Assembly: GCA_030704615.1 (NCBI GenBank)
Contig: CM060731.1
Coordinates: 86,800,001-86,864,000, forward strand
Direction: 5' to 3'
Length of the DNA: 64,000 nt
DNA from: Takakia lepidozioides
Lineage: Eukaryota; Plantae; Bryophyta
Notes under the pieces: generated by a model
The model's input: the letters and a program-made list of their open reading frames with translations, nothing else
Database searches by the model: none
What the model was told of the DNA's origin: nothing
Translations under genes and position numbers: made by a program
In this document: positions 37,566 through 49,486 of the stretch, piece by piece
Layout: every line of letters starts with the position of its first letter
How positions within the stretch are numbered: position 1 is the stretch's first letter

Positions 37566-40500
37566 CACGTTTGTTTTGGCCCACCCTGGTCATATATGCT
37601 GGGCCTAGCGACAAGTGTTCCATACTCCGTTCGTAACACTGGTGCAGCCCGTGACTGTTCTTGCGGTTCTATAATGCAAATCATGCTGCAGGGTTTGTCA
37701 TGGATACCACTGTACCCCTTCAACTTATTTTGCATTGACTCTTCCCAGCATTTCTTTGTTAATGGTTTGTAACATGGCGGTGTTGTTATCATACATCTTT
37801 TGTATGACATAAGGTCTTTCCACGGTGATTTAAGCTTAGAAGCTTGAATCTTTCCTTTCTTCTTCTGCAACCATAGAACCAAATCCCCCGTCTAAAAGTC
37901 TTTATCTTCCTTCATCAAACTGTTGTCCTTTCAGCTTCATCTGAATTCTGGTCATATTATCAGCTGCATCAGCACGTACTTCTTCCACATGGTATAATTC
38001 ATGTTTCCTGACCTTGATGAGTCTTGCAATTCCATTCTTTTTCCCCACTCCGTTCCATGGTAGGGTAACAGGTTCCACTGGAAGTAAGGCTTCCATGCCA
38101 TAACTAATTGGAATGGTGTATACTTAGTGGTGACTTTATATGAGGTCCTGTATGACCACAAAGCTGTCAGCAGCTTTGTATCCCATCCGTTCTGTTGCTT
38201 GACTATCTTAGCCAAGATAGTACATAGTATTTTGTTGGTAGCCTCTGCCTGCCCATTACCCTGTGGGTAAATGTTTGTACTCTTTCTATGCACAATCATA
38301 AACTCTTTAGTCAACAACTCATGGTCTCATTCATGAAGTGACTTCCTTGATCACTGATAAATTCTAAGGGACAGCCAAATCGTGTAAGTATGTTCTCGTA
38401 CAGGAACCTTGCTGTGGACTTGGCTGTGTTGTCCCTCAAAGCTTTAGCTTCCACCCACTTTGTAGTATAATCAGTGGCTGTAATTATGTACCTGTTTCGT
38501 GTATTCTTGGATGGTGGGTTAATTGTCCAACAAAGTCTAGTCCCCATTTCTGAAATGGTTCCGTAGGCATTGTAGGATGCAAGGCCATCCTTCCAGATCT
38601 CTGCAAAGGTCCTAGCCTCTGACATTCATCACACTTCTTTGACAATACTCGTGTACATCTTTGAACAAAGTAGGCCACCAGTATCCTGCGAGTAGTATCT
38701 TTCTACTGGTAGTCTCTTCTCCAAAATGACCTCCAGCCACTCCTTTATGAACTTCCGCCAAAACTTTATTTACTTCATGGTGGTACAAGCATCGTTTTAA
38801 GTACTCCATCAGGTCCTAACTTATACATTCTGCTTCCTACCATAGTATAAGGTAAAGCTTTGATAGCATTCTCTTCCTCTGCTCCTTACCATAACTAGGT
38901 GGGCACTGACCATGAGCAAGGTAGTATCTGATTGGCCACTGCCAATCTAACCATCATCTGCACTTCCTTGCACCTCCATTACAAATAAAGTCGATCAGGT
39001 ACTGATCGTCTACTCCTGTGGCGGTTCTCCTGTTGTTAGTCGTGACAAATGATCTGCCACAAGATGCAAACGGCCAGGCTTGTAAATAACCTCGAACTCA
39101 AACTCATGCAAGATTATAACCACCTCGCTATCCTTCCACTTATCAAAGGTTTGTTCACCAGATATCAGAGCCTGGTGATCCACATAAACATAAACTTTCT
39201 TCCCAATAGGTAATGCCTGAATTTCTTGACTGCATAAATCATTGCCAATGCTTCTCTTCCGTTGTGCTATAGTCCTCTCAGCACTGTTCATCAACCGGCT
39301 AGCATAGTACACAGGTGAATCTATATTCCCTGTAACATTCTGGGCTAAACACCGCCCCAACGCTTCTCCTGATGCATCGCAATGAACATGGAATACTACA
39401 TGCCAGTGAGGGTTAATCAGTACAGGTGTAGTTGTTACTGACAGTGTAAGTTCCTCAAATGCCTGTTGACATTCAGCTGTCCAGGCAAACACTGCATCTC
39501 TTTCTTCAGTAGTTTTTTGCTCAATGGTGCTGCTATTTGTGCATACCTTTTGACAATCTCCTGTAATAACTGGTTTGCCCAAGGAATCTCCGTAGATTTT
39601 TAACATTCACTGGTGGTGGAGAGGCTTTAATGGACTCGTCTTTCTGGGATCCACAAGGAGTCCCTTCTTACACACAATTGGTCCCAGAAGCCCCCTGAGT
39701 TCACACAGAAAGTACACTTCTCTGGATTCCAGGCCAGACCTCTCATCCTGCATCTGGCCAAACATAACTCCAATTTATGCAAGTGTTCACTCTTAGAGCT
39801 GTACACACTGAATCATCCAGAATACCTGCATGAAATCATCCAGATACTCATGAAAAGATTCACTTATCACTCTCTGAAAGGTCGCTGGTGCATTACAAAG
39901 TCCAAAGGGCATGACTTTGTATGCATAAGCCCCCCAGTCTGTGATGAAAGCTGTTTTCCCTTGGTCTCTTCTGCCACTTGCACTTGATTATAACCACTGA
40001 AGCCATCCATGAATGAGTACATCTCATGGCCTGCCACAGTGTCTAATACTGCTTCTGTGAATGGCAGGGAAAGGATCTTTCTTTCGTACAAGCATTCAGC
40101 TTCTTATAGTTCACACATACTCTTAGTTTGCCATTCTTCTTGGGAACTATAACAATGGGTGACAACCAAGTTGTATACTCTATTGTATATAAACTTAGCC
40201 TCAGCCAACTTCTTTATCTCTTCTCCAACCTTCTGTGCGTGTTGGGATTCTTCTATACCTCGCCTGCTTGATTGGTACTGACCCGGTTCTAGTTCAATCT
40301 TATGCTGACAGACTTCAGGTGGTATCCCTTTTAGATCCTCATAGCTCCAAGCAAATACATCTCTGTATTTGATGAACAGCTTTAGCTTCTTCGAAGAATT
40401 CCGGCCCAAATCAGCTCCTACTTTCACCATCCTCGGTTCCTCCTGAGTTCCCACATTTTTACTTCTCCTCACCTGCTCATCAGCTGTGATTGTCCAACCA

Positions 40501-41943
40501 GTCACCACTTCATCCTGTAAGCTCACAGTGGCTGGTTCTTCTAGGATTTCTATTTCCTCCTTCTCTCTTCTTCATAGAAATATGATGGGTAAATGCTAGT
40601 TTCCTCTTCAGTTGGTGTTGCTGTCACTACACCACAGCAGATACCTCTCAAACAACTTAGGCTTTCCAGCCCATCTCTGCAACCTGCTCCCCACTCTGGG
40701 GGTGCAGCAAATAGGGTAGCTTCCTCCTTCTCCTCATCCAGTCTCCTCTCCAGTCATACTCTCTGACTCCTCGAGGTCTCTTGTAGCAGATAATCTACTA
40801 GATTCTTTGTGGTAATTTGTATCTCGTGTATCCCATTATGCACGGTTAGTACTGAGAATTCCAGTCATGGAATACCCTGGCTTTTTCAGCCACGGACGTC
40901 CCAATAATAAGGAGTAAGCCTCCATGACTTCATCCATTTTAATACAGTTACTATGATCATAAAGATCTTTTCTGTATCTGTATCTTAACTCCTCTTATTA
41001 ATCCCAATGGCTGCACACTTCTTTGATCTGCCATTGTTACTGTAAATGGGGCTGGTTTCATGTTACTTAGACCAAGCTTCTTCTTAATTGGTCTGTCATG
41101 ATATTTACTCCAGAACCACCATCTATCAGTACATCAGTTAGTTCTGTGCTTCAATTCTCAATTGGATTACTGGCATAGAATCATCCAAAGTCCATGACTG
41201 GTTCTCTTCGCCTTCTTGGCTTCACATTATAACTGGTCACCTTGCTGTTCAGGTCTGTGTTTCCTGTCTCTTGGGCAATTCGATTGATTGCTTGATACAG
41301 CCTGTGCCTACAATAAGGTGCCACAGCTAATAGCTGTCCAATGGTATTTCTGCTTGGTCTGACATATTACTGCAGCCAAGTCTCTTCATTACTTTTGTAG
41401 TCTGCATCTCTTTTTCCTTTCTTCCTCACTCCCTCTTTTTCTCCAATCGAATCAGAGGAATCTGCCACAGGAATATCAGTACTCTTTTGCCATTTCCCTA
41501 TAGTATCTGCCACTTCCTTGTGCAGTCCTCTCATCTTTCCAAGTCTCTTCTCTTCAGGCATATCATTCCACTTCCCTCGCATCTTCTTCCTCTTCTACTG
41601 AGGTATTAGGTTTGGCTTTACTTCTTGTTACTATCATTGTACTTACTTCCGTACAACACATGGCCTAACCATGTGAGCTGCCACCACTGGGCCCTCATCA
41701 CAGGAGCTCTCATCTCATTCTGGTGTCTTATCCAGAATGAACAGGCTCCTTGCGATGTCCTGGCTGATTACAATGTAACATAGCTCTTCACCATTGGGTC
41801 CTCGCCCTTGGTCTGTTCTTGGATTATTTCTATAATCCTGATTCCCGGGCTGGTAATTCCCCCTTGGATTACCCTGATAGTTGCCTCTGGAATTTCCTTG
41901 GTAATTTCCTCTTGAATTACCTCTCCCTTCCATGCCATTGTTA
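37565..41943 (-). pseudogene. pol and gag C-terminus of G2, frameshifted
   Basis: PFQKWGLDFVG, FHVHCDASG...[31 protein letters not shown]. Confidence 0.9.
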
Positions 41944-41997
41944 GAGGTTTGCTATTTCATGAGCATGAGCGGCATGAGCGGCATGAGCGGCATGAGC
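41944..41997 (+). repeat. Left TIR of copy C with tandem CATGAGCGG units
   Basis: Inverse match to 56094-56131. Confidence 0.9.
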
Positions 41998-42204
41998 AGA
42001 GTAGTAACACAATCGGTTTTCATGAGCAGAAGTACAAATTTCGAAAATAAAAAACAATAAAAAAACAATAAAAAAAACAATAATTTAATGCAATGTGTCA
42101 GAAAAAACAAATATATTATTCGGCCCCTTGAAGGGAAAATTGCACTTTTGACAGTTGTGCTCATGATATTTTGTCTTCCGCTCATGCCAATTCCTAGCGA
42201 CATG

Positions 42205-42570
42205 TGCAAATATGGCGCCGAATTTCGCGGTAATAGGGTCCGTAACCTGAAAAAACGGCGACGTATTTCGCGGCAATAGGTCTCTCTGGCGAAAAATGGT
42301 GCCGAATTCCGCGGCTATAGGTCCCCTCATGACAGGTAATTCGGCGCCATTTTTCCAGTGCATGTTCGGACTTAGCCAGTTTCGGCCCAAAAAAGAGAAA
42401 TTCGGCGCCATTTTTCCAGACACGGTACCAGTGCATGTTGGGACTTAGCCAGTTTTCGGCCCCAAAAAGAGAAATTCGGCGCCATTTTCCCAAACACAGG
42501 TACCAGTGCATGTTGGGACTTAGCGAGTTTTCGGCCCCAAAAAGAGAAATTCGGCGCCATTTTTCCAGAA
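42205..42570. repeat. Subterminal array of AATTCGGCGCC half-palindromes in copy C
   Basis: Cores at 42214, 42257, 42298, 42343, 42404, 42478 and 42553. Shares the GGGACTTAGCCA motif with the intronic array. Confidence 0.85.
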
Positions 42571-42724
42571 ATGGCCCCAGAACTGCTTCTGTTGGATCTC
42601 AGTTTGAATGGAATATTGCCTCATTCCAGGAGTTTTGGGGTGCATTTCATTACACTGCAAAAAAAAAGTCTGATACAGCAAAATGCATTTGAAAATATCC
42701 ATATGGAGGATTCCGTTTGCCCCA

Positions 42725-45700
42725 TCAATGATTTCTGGAATCCCTAAGAAGGAGTTTGTGCAGCTCGTTCACGCTCAACGCCGGTGCATGAATAAAGTCA
42801 TCAATAGTCACGTTCATCCTCAACCTCTTCAGGTAAATGTAATACAGATGCTTGCACGGATAATACTTCGAACCCTTCTTTGCTTCCATCAACGAGAAGT
42901 CCGTACAGTTGCAAGTCGGCTCCACTCCAATCGTAATTGTGTATACATCGTCGCGTACAGCCGAGCCGGCCGTTGCCATCCGATACACACGCCCAAGGCC
43001 GGGTGGGGGTACGTCCACGGAGCTCTGAATAGTGCAAGCCATCCCAAGAGCATTGGCAATCCGAGTCTCATTCAACTTGTTGGGAGGGTGTCGTCTCTTC
43101 ACTCTTCCGAATCGCATTGTGGGATGTGCAGAATTGTCCAATCCGTCTCTACTGGACCGAGCAGTATGCAATGGCTGGGTCTGAGGAACCGGAAATGCGT
43201 GGGCCGGATGTCTGTGCGTTGCACCATTCGAAATCCTGCTGCAGATAGAGCATCCGCCTCATTCTGAGAGAGGCTGCAACCCGGTGCAACAGGCCAGACG
43301 CCCGGAGGCTCCGGCATTCCCTGAATCCCGTACTTGGGCTTGCCAAATACACAGGTCATTATGTCGTGCCTACAGAACCAAAATGTCTGCGTTGTGGCGT
43401 GAGCAAATGTGGGAGTCAAAAATCTGCCGCTGAAACAAGGTGCAGGTACAGCACCGTGTGGGTTCCTCCGAATCATCTCACCACAGCGTGCTCTCGTATC
43501 CACCCGGATGGCGCAACACTTCCCTCGAAATGCCGGCAATGTCCTCGCAATTCTCCACTGTGACTCCGACACTCTTGTCTCCACAATGGGAATGTTGTAT
43601 TGCTTTACTACAGATGGCTCGTTATGTTGCCGGGGCACGCGCCCTGTGCTCAAAGGAGATGGCGATCTTGAACGTGCAGGACTTCCGGTGCTCGACGAGA
43701 CCTCCTCGGACAACATCACCGGACCACGAGGGAGCGTGCGAATATTCTTGTCAGCTCGCCATGAATCCTCTTCTCCGCCAGGTGCCTCGTCAAGTCTTCG
43801 TCTCACTGGACGGGTATGAACATCTCCTTCCAAATGTTGGCCTCTTCGCAGCAATGGCGTGTCCCGAAGGCCCTCTCGCAAGGCCGCCGCCCACTTCCGA
43901 GGATTCTTCGATCTGGAGGCAGTCCGCATCAGCATTTCCTGCCTGTCCGGCCCCAAGCCCCACTGTTTCCCTTTCAAGAACTCGTTGTACCTGCATTGCT
44001 GCATAATTGACCTCACAATGTCCTCCGTTGTGGCAGTGAGGATGTCCACCAGATGCGCCGCAGAGGAGGCACGCCAGGAAGAGTGCACTGATTCGGCCAT
44101 GTTTGTCGTGGGCATGTCGGTGTCGGAGTCGAGACACATTTCCTGCACAAGCACATGTTGAGGTTACAAGCAAGTTACAAATATGGCCAAGAATAATATC
44201 CAACGGGACGCGAATTCGTGCAACTCACCTCCCGCATATAGTCGCCGAACTGGAGGAAACGATAATGCCACCATGCTAGCCAACTGACCATTGCTCCTTC
44301 GTCTGATTTCCTTACAGCACCTGACGATGTCCACCAAGCCCGTATGCATGCAAACTGTGTCTCTGCATCATCCAAGGTGGGAGCGCGCTTCCACGCAAGG
44401 CACATGGAACGGTGCTCCTCTCTGAAATCTGGCGCCACGAGCCTGGTTGTGTACTGCGAAAGGCTCTGCAGAAAGTGGAACCCACAAGATCTCTCCTTGC
44501 CTTCCATGGGAACATTGGGGTCTTGCCCGTACACCCTTCGGATGGCAGCCCAATTTGCTTGTGCGTTGTCCGCCATGAAACCACGGAAATTGGGAGGGGG
44601 CAATCCCGCCTTGGCCATCTGTTCGTTTATTCCCTGCCAAAGAAGCATCTCCGATTGTGTGTCCTCTCCTTTCATCTCACAAATAGCAATTGTCATTAGC
44701 ATCCTGCAGTGGGTGTCGTAGACATGTGCACCCATTGTCACCCACTGGTGATTTGTAATTCGCTTGATATGGTCGAACATGACCCAACTGTTTGACAAGT
44801 TCCCACTCGTCATCCTGTCGACCAGTTCGACGCCACTGCCAGGTCCACACGTGGACATTTTGAATACGAAACAACGATCTGCCTCAGTCCCTTGTCCTGG
44901 AAACCTACTTCCATGAATGTAGTCATATCCACATCGTCGCTTCACCTCCAGAATGGAGTGCATATCCGAGCCACGCCCAATTTTCTGTTTGCAAGAGACA
45001 ATGTGGTTTCGGACATTCGGTGAACATACGTGGGACACCGACTCGAGCAATGCCTCCATTTCCTTCTCGTCGAGAGGAACTCTATCCGAGCCGTCTTCCG
45101 ACATAATTCTGGCCAATGCCATCTTATGGGCGGCTTGGAGCTGTATCTGTTTGGGTTTGGCACCCGGTCTCAACTTAACCTCCTCCTGAACGAGCTGCTC
45201 TGCTTCGTGGGCAGCCTCCCGCGAGTTCCCCCTCGCCAATTTGTGACAATGGGAACCAACGTGTATGCAAGCTCGGGTGAGGTCAGGGAAACGGTGCAAC
45301 ACATAGAACTGCTTGGCATTACAAACAGACATGCAGTGTGGTGGTTCTTTGCAATGCGCACACTTAAATGTGGAGTTCGGAACCTTCTCCTGAGCTCGAA
45401 ATGGTTGGTGAGCTGTGCCTGTCCAATCGGTCTCGTTCCTGTGACCTCTGGATTTAAAGTGGAAGCAAGTTGGGGAGAAACACCGCAACGCGCCCGCACA
45501 AACAACGTAGCGCACCCGCACACCATCAAGCATCTTCATGCTGGTGGTTTTGGTAACGCACCAAGGATGACCGTCATGTTTTCTATCCATATCTGTCAAC
45601 ATTCCGGACGCCCTCGAGTAGTCCGCCCGAGGAGGGAACTCAAAGAAGACATTACCGTCGACGTCGGCGGGAAGGCATGTAACCGATTTAATTGCGAACT

Positions 45701-46315
45701 TGCTGTAGTCCAGCCCGGCCAGCTCCGACCGGTGTCCCTCCAGGTGAAGCCCTCGCAGAATTTCTAGAATAGATCGAACTGCGGTGCTCGTGCTGGGAAT
45801 ATGACTCCCTCCTCCACTGACGTCCATTGAGGACTTGCCTGATCTCCAGGACGACCTCGGAACTTCCATGACCTCGTCTGAGTCGGACAGGTTGTGAACA
45901 ACCCGGTTCTCGGTCGTCTTCATGGATGGGTTCGGCTCTGGATTTACTTCGTTGCGGACTTCTCTCTTTGAGGTACCCACTCTCTGATTCGCGGATTGTT
46001 TCGTGGAAGGCGCCAGGATAGACGGTGCATTTGGCGGGCAAATGAAGTCCCCAACAGCCCTGTATATGACGCTGTCCGATGGTGGAACTCGCCATTCCCT
46101 GCCATCGCCGAAATCATCGTGGAGCACAACAATACTCTCGACAACAAGGCCGTTTGAGTCCTTCCTTTCCTCCTCCAAAAAAACCGACCCCGGTTTCAGG
46201 TGGTATCGAACGCACAGATATTTCTCCATCACCCGGCAGGTGTCCCTCTGCACGGAAATGAAGCTCTATGCTCGTGAGGAGGGCAGTACACTGTAGCGCT
46301 CGGGTTTTCCGCCAT
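42725..46315 (-). CDS. MULE transposase of copy C (GCM-like Zn-binding domain, DDE core, Cys-rich region, SWIM), two exons, near-intact
   Basis: 692-aa open frame with DGHPW...CAGALRC...CAHC...HVGSHCH, WVMFDH, FMADNA and CGFH. Intron at 44143-44228. Exon 2 has TTNMAESVH and CNC...CKH. Apparent frameshifts near 46260 and 43180. Confidence 0.9.
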
Positions 46316-46619
46316 GGGAGATGTGCACACAAGACTGCCAGGATGGCGTGCGGGGAAGCTCCCTGGTAGAAGGGGGTGCAGCGATGGGAATGAATGCGAT
46401 GCCGATTTGTCCGAGCGACGAAGCCTGATCCAAATCCAGGGAGCCAACTATCTCAAAAATCCACAGTCAGAGTGTTAATGAACCTTGTCTCCGGAATGCG
46501 GCCCCTCGTCTTTGCGCAATAACTGCCAACGGTATGCAGTCAGAAAGTGGGGGGCCGTCCGGATGATGACGGCTGAAGGGGATAAGCCGGCACCGTGCCG
46601 TCACATTACTACCCCCGAA

Positions 46620-49260
46620 TGGAAATTCGGCACCCAACATCCAACAGAGGAAGCCCGGATGAAGGGAGGGGGGAGTGGCCTGCAGTTGGCTGTCACATTT
46701 CAACCCCCGGACGGAAATTCGGCAACGAATATCGAACAGGGGACGCCCGGATGAAGTCGCCTGGGGCACAGAGGCCGGCCAGTGTGCGACAGAGAACATC
46801 CCCTGGACGGCCATTCGGCGCCGAATTTCCATCCGGGCCCCCCAAAGGAAGTGTTGTCGGCGTGTCAGAGCGAAAACTGGCCGACATAAAAACCTCCACA
46901 GATGAGAAAACGGCGCCGATTTCAATTCGGGGCCGTTCCAATGAAGTCGGGGAGGGGGAGAGGTCGGAACCTGGCAGTCATATTTCAACCCCCGGGACGG
47001 AAATTCGGCACCGAATATCCAACAGAGCGGCGGAGAGGCGGCACCTCTCCGACAGAGACCATCCCCCGGATGGAGATTCGGCGCCGAATTTCCACCAGCA
47101 GGTAAGTGGAATCTCGGATGGATGGAGATTCGGCGCCGAATTTCCATCCAGCAGGTAAGTCGGATCGGTGCATATGGATATTCGGCGCCGAATTTCCATC
47201 CTGCAGGTAATTCGAATCGTGGATGAATGGAAATTCGGCGCCGAATTTCCATCCAGCAGGTAAGTCGGATCGGTGCCATATGGAAATTCGGCGCCGAATT
47301 TCCATCCTGCAGGTAATTCGAATCGTGGATGAATGGAAATTCGGCGCCGAATTTCCATCCAGCAGGTAAGTCGGATCGGTGCCATATGGATATTCGGCGC
47401 CGAATTTCCATCCTGCAGGTAATTCGAATCGTGGATGAATGGAAATTCGGCGCCGAATTTCCATCCAGCAGGTAAGTCGGATCGGTGCCATATGGATATT
47501 CGGCGCCGAATTTCCATCCAGCAGGTAAGTCGGATCGGTGCCATATGGATATTCGGCGTCGAATTTCCATCCTGCAGGTAATTCGAATCATGGATGAATG
47601 GAAATTCGGCGCCGAATTTCCATCCAGCAGGTAAGTCGGATCGGTGCCATATGGATATTCGGCGCCGAATTTCCATCCTGCAGGTAATTCGAATCATGGA
47701 TGAATGGAAATTCGGCGCCGAATTTCCATCCAGCAGGTAAGTCGGATCGGTGCCATATGGATATTCGGCGCCGAATTTCCATCCTGCAGGTAATTCGAAT
47801 CCTGGATGAATGGAAATTCGGCGCCGAATTTCCATCCAGCAGGTAAGTCGGATCGGTGCCATATGGATATTCGGCGCCGAATTTCCATCCTGCAGGTAAT
47901 TCGAATCATGGATGAATGGAAATTCGGCGCCGAATTTCCATCCAGCAGGTAAGTCAGATCGGTGCCATATGGATATTCGGCGCCGAATTTCCATCCTGCA
48001 GGTAATTCGAATCGTGGATGAATGGAAATTCGGCGCCGAATTTCCATCCAGCAGGTAAGTCGGATCAGTGCCGTATGGATATTCGGCGCCGGATTTCCAC
48101 TCGCCATTTATTTCTGAGCGAGGAATTACCTTCGTGCAGGTAATTCCCATATAAGAATTACCTTCGTGCAGGTAATTCGCATACAAGAATTACCTTTGTG
48201 CAGGTAATTTCCAGATGACAATTACCTTCCTGCAGGTAATTCCAATCGATGTTTATTCCTCGTCCAGAATTACCTGCACAAGGTAATTCTCATCTGGAAA
48301 TTACCTGCATGAAGGTAATTCTTGTATGTGAATTACCTGCACGAAGGTAATTCTTATATGGGAATTACCTGCACGGAGGTAATTCCTCGCTCAGAAATAA
48401 ATGGCGAATCGAAATTCGGCGCCGAATATCCATATGGCACCGATCCGACTTACCTGCAGGATGGAAATTCGGCGCCGAATTACCTGCTTGAAGGAAATTT
48501 GGCGAACCGCCCTACCTGCGCGGATGGAAATTCGGCGCCGGATTTCCATCCGCGCGCATCCGAATTACCTGCTTGAAGGAAATTTGGCGCACCGCCATCC
48601 TACGCGGATGGAAATTCGGCGCCGGATTTCCATCCGCGCGCATCCGAATTACCTGCGCGGATGGAAATTCGGCGCCGGATTTCCATCCGCGCGCATCCGA
48701 ATTACCTGCTTGAAGAAATTTGGCGCACCGCCATCCTACGCGGATGGAAATTCGGCGCCGGATTTCCATCCGCGCGCATCGAATTACCTGCGCGGATGGA
48801 AATTCGGCGCCGGATTTCCATCCGCGCGCATCCGAATTACCTGCTTGAAGGAAATTTGGCGCACCGCCCTACCTGCGCGGATGGAAATTCGGCGCCGGAT
48901 TTCCATCCGGGCGCATCCGAATTACCTGCGCGGATGGAAATTCGGCGCCGGATTTCCATCCACGCGCATCCATCCGAATTACCTGCGCGGATGGAAATTC
49001 GGCGCCGGATTTCCATCCGCGCATCCGAATTACCTGCTTGAAGGAAATTTGGCGCACCGCCATTCTACGCGGATGGAAATTCAGCGCCGGATTTCCATCC
49101 GCGCGCATCCGAATTACCTGCGCGGATGGAAATTCTGCGCCGGATTTCCATCCGCGCGCATCCGAATTACCTGCTTGAAGGAAATTTGGCGAACCGCCCT
49201 ACCTGCGCGGATGGAAATTCGGCGCCGGATTTCCATCCGCGCGCTTCCGAATTACCTGCG
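46620..49260. repeat. Central arrays of the palindrome GGAAATTCGGCGCCGAATTTCC around an inverted-repeat axis
   Basis: About 20 copies at 53-bp period (47071-48097, alternating spacers). Inverted repeat at ~48030-48485. Right array has alternating ~53 and ~84-bp spacing (48526-49235). Confidence 0.95.
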
Positions 49261-49486
49261 TGAGGGAAATTCCGGGACTGTTTTCGTCTATTTTCTTCCG
49301 ACATGGAGGGCTTCATCCGACATTTAATTGCGCAGTTGGGCAATAAATGTCGACGGCCGTCGCTTATTATTCGGGCTGGCGACGCATGGCTTCCTGGACA
49401 CGTACCCTAAATCTCATGCTATACTTGGCTTAACATGGTATTCCAGGCATGTACCCCAAAAAAGGAGATCTTTTTGGCTGGGACTT

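Noticed and set aside
42725-46315. KDZ/Zisupton or hAT assignment of the transposase
   Set aside because: The D..D..CxxH..E spacing, SWIM finger and 9-bp TSD fit Mutator better.
46467-49327. Long ORFs with repeated MEIRRRISI/GNSAPNFH peptides (and the equivalents at 4321-6029)
   Set aside because: They are translation artefacts of palindromic tandem repeats and appear on both strands.
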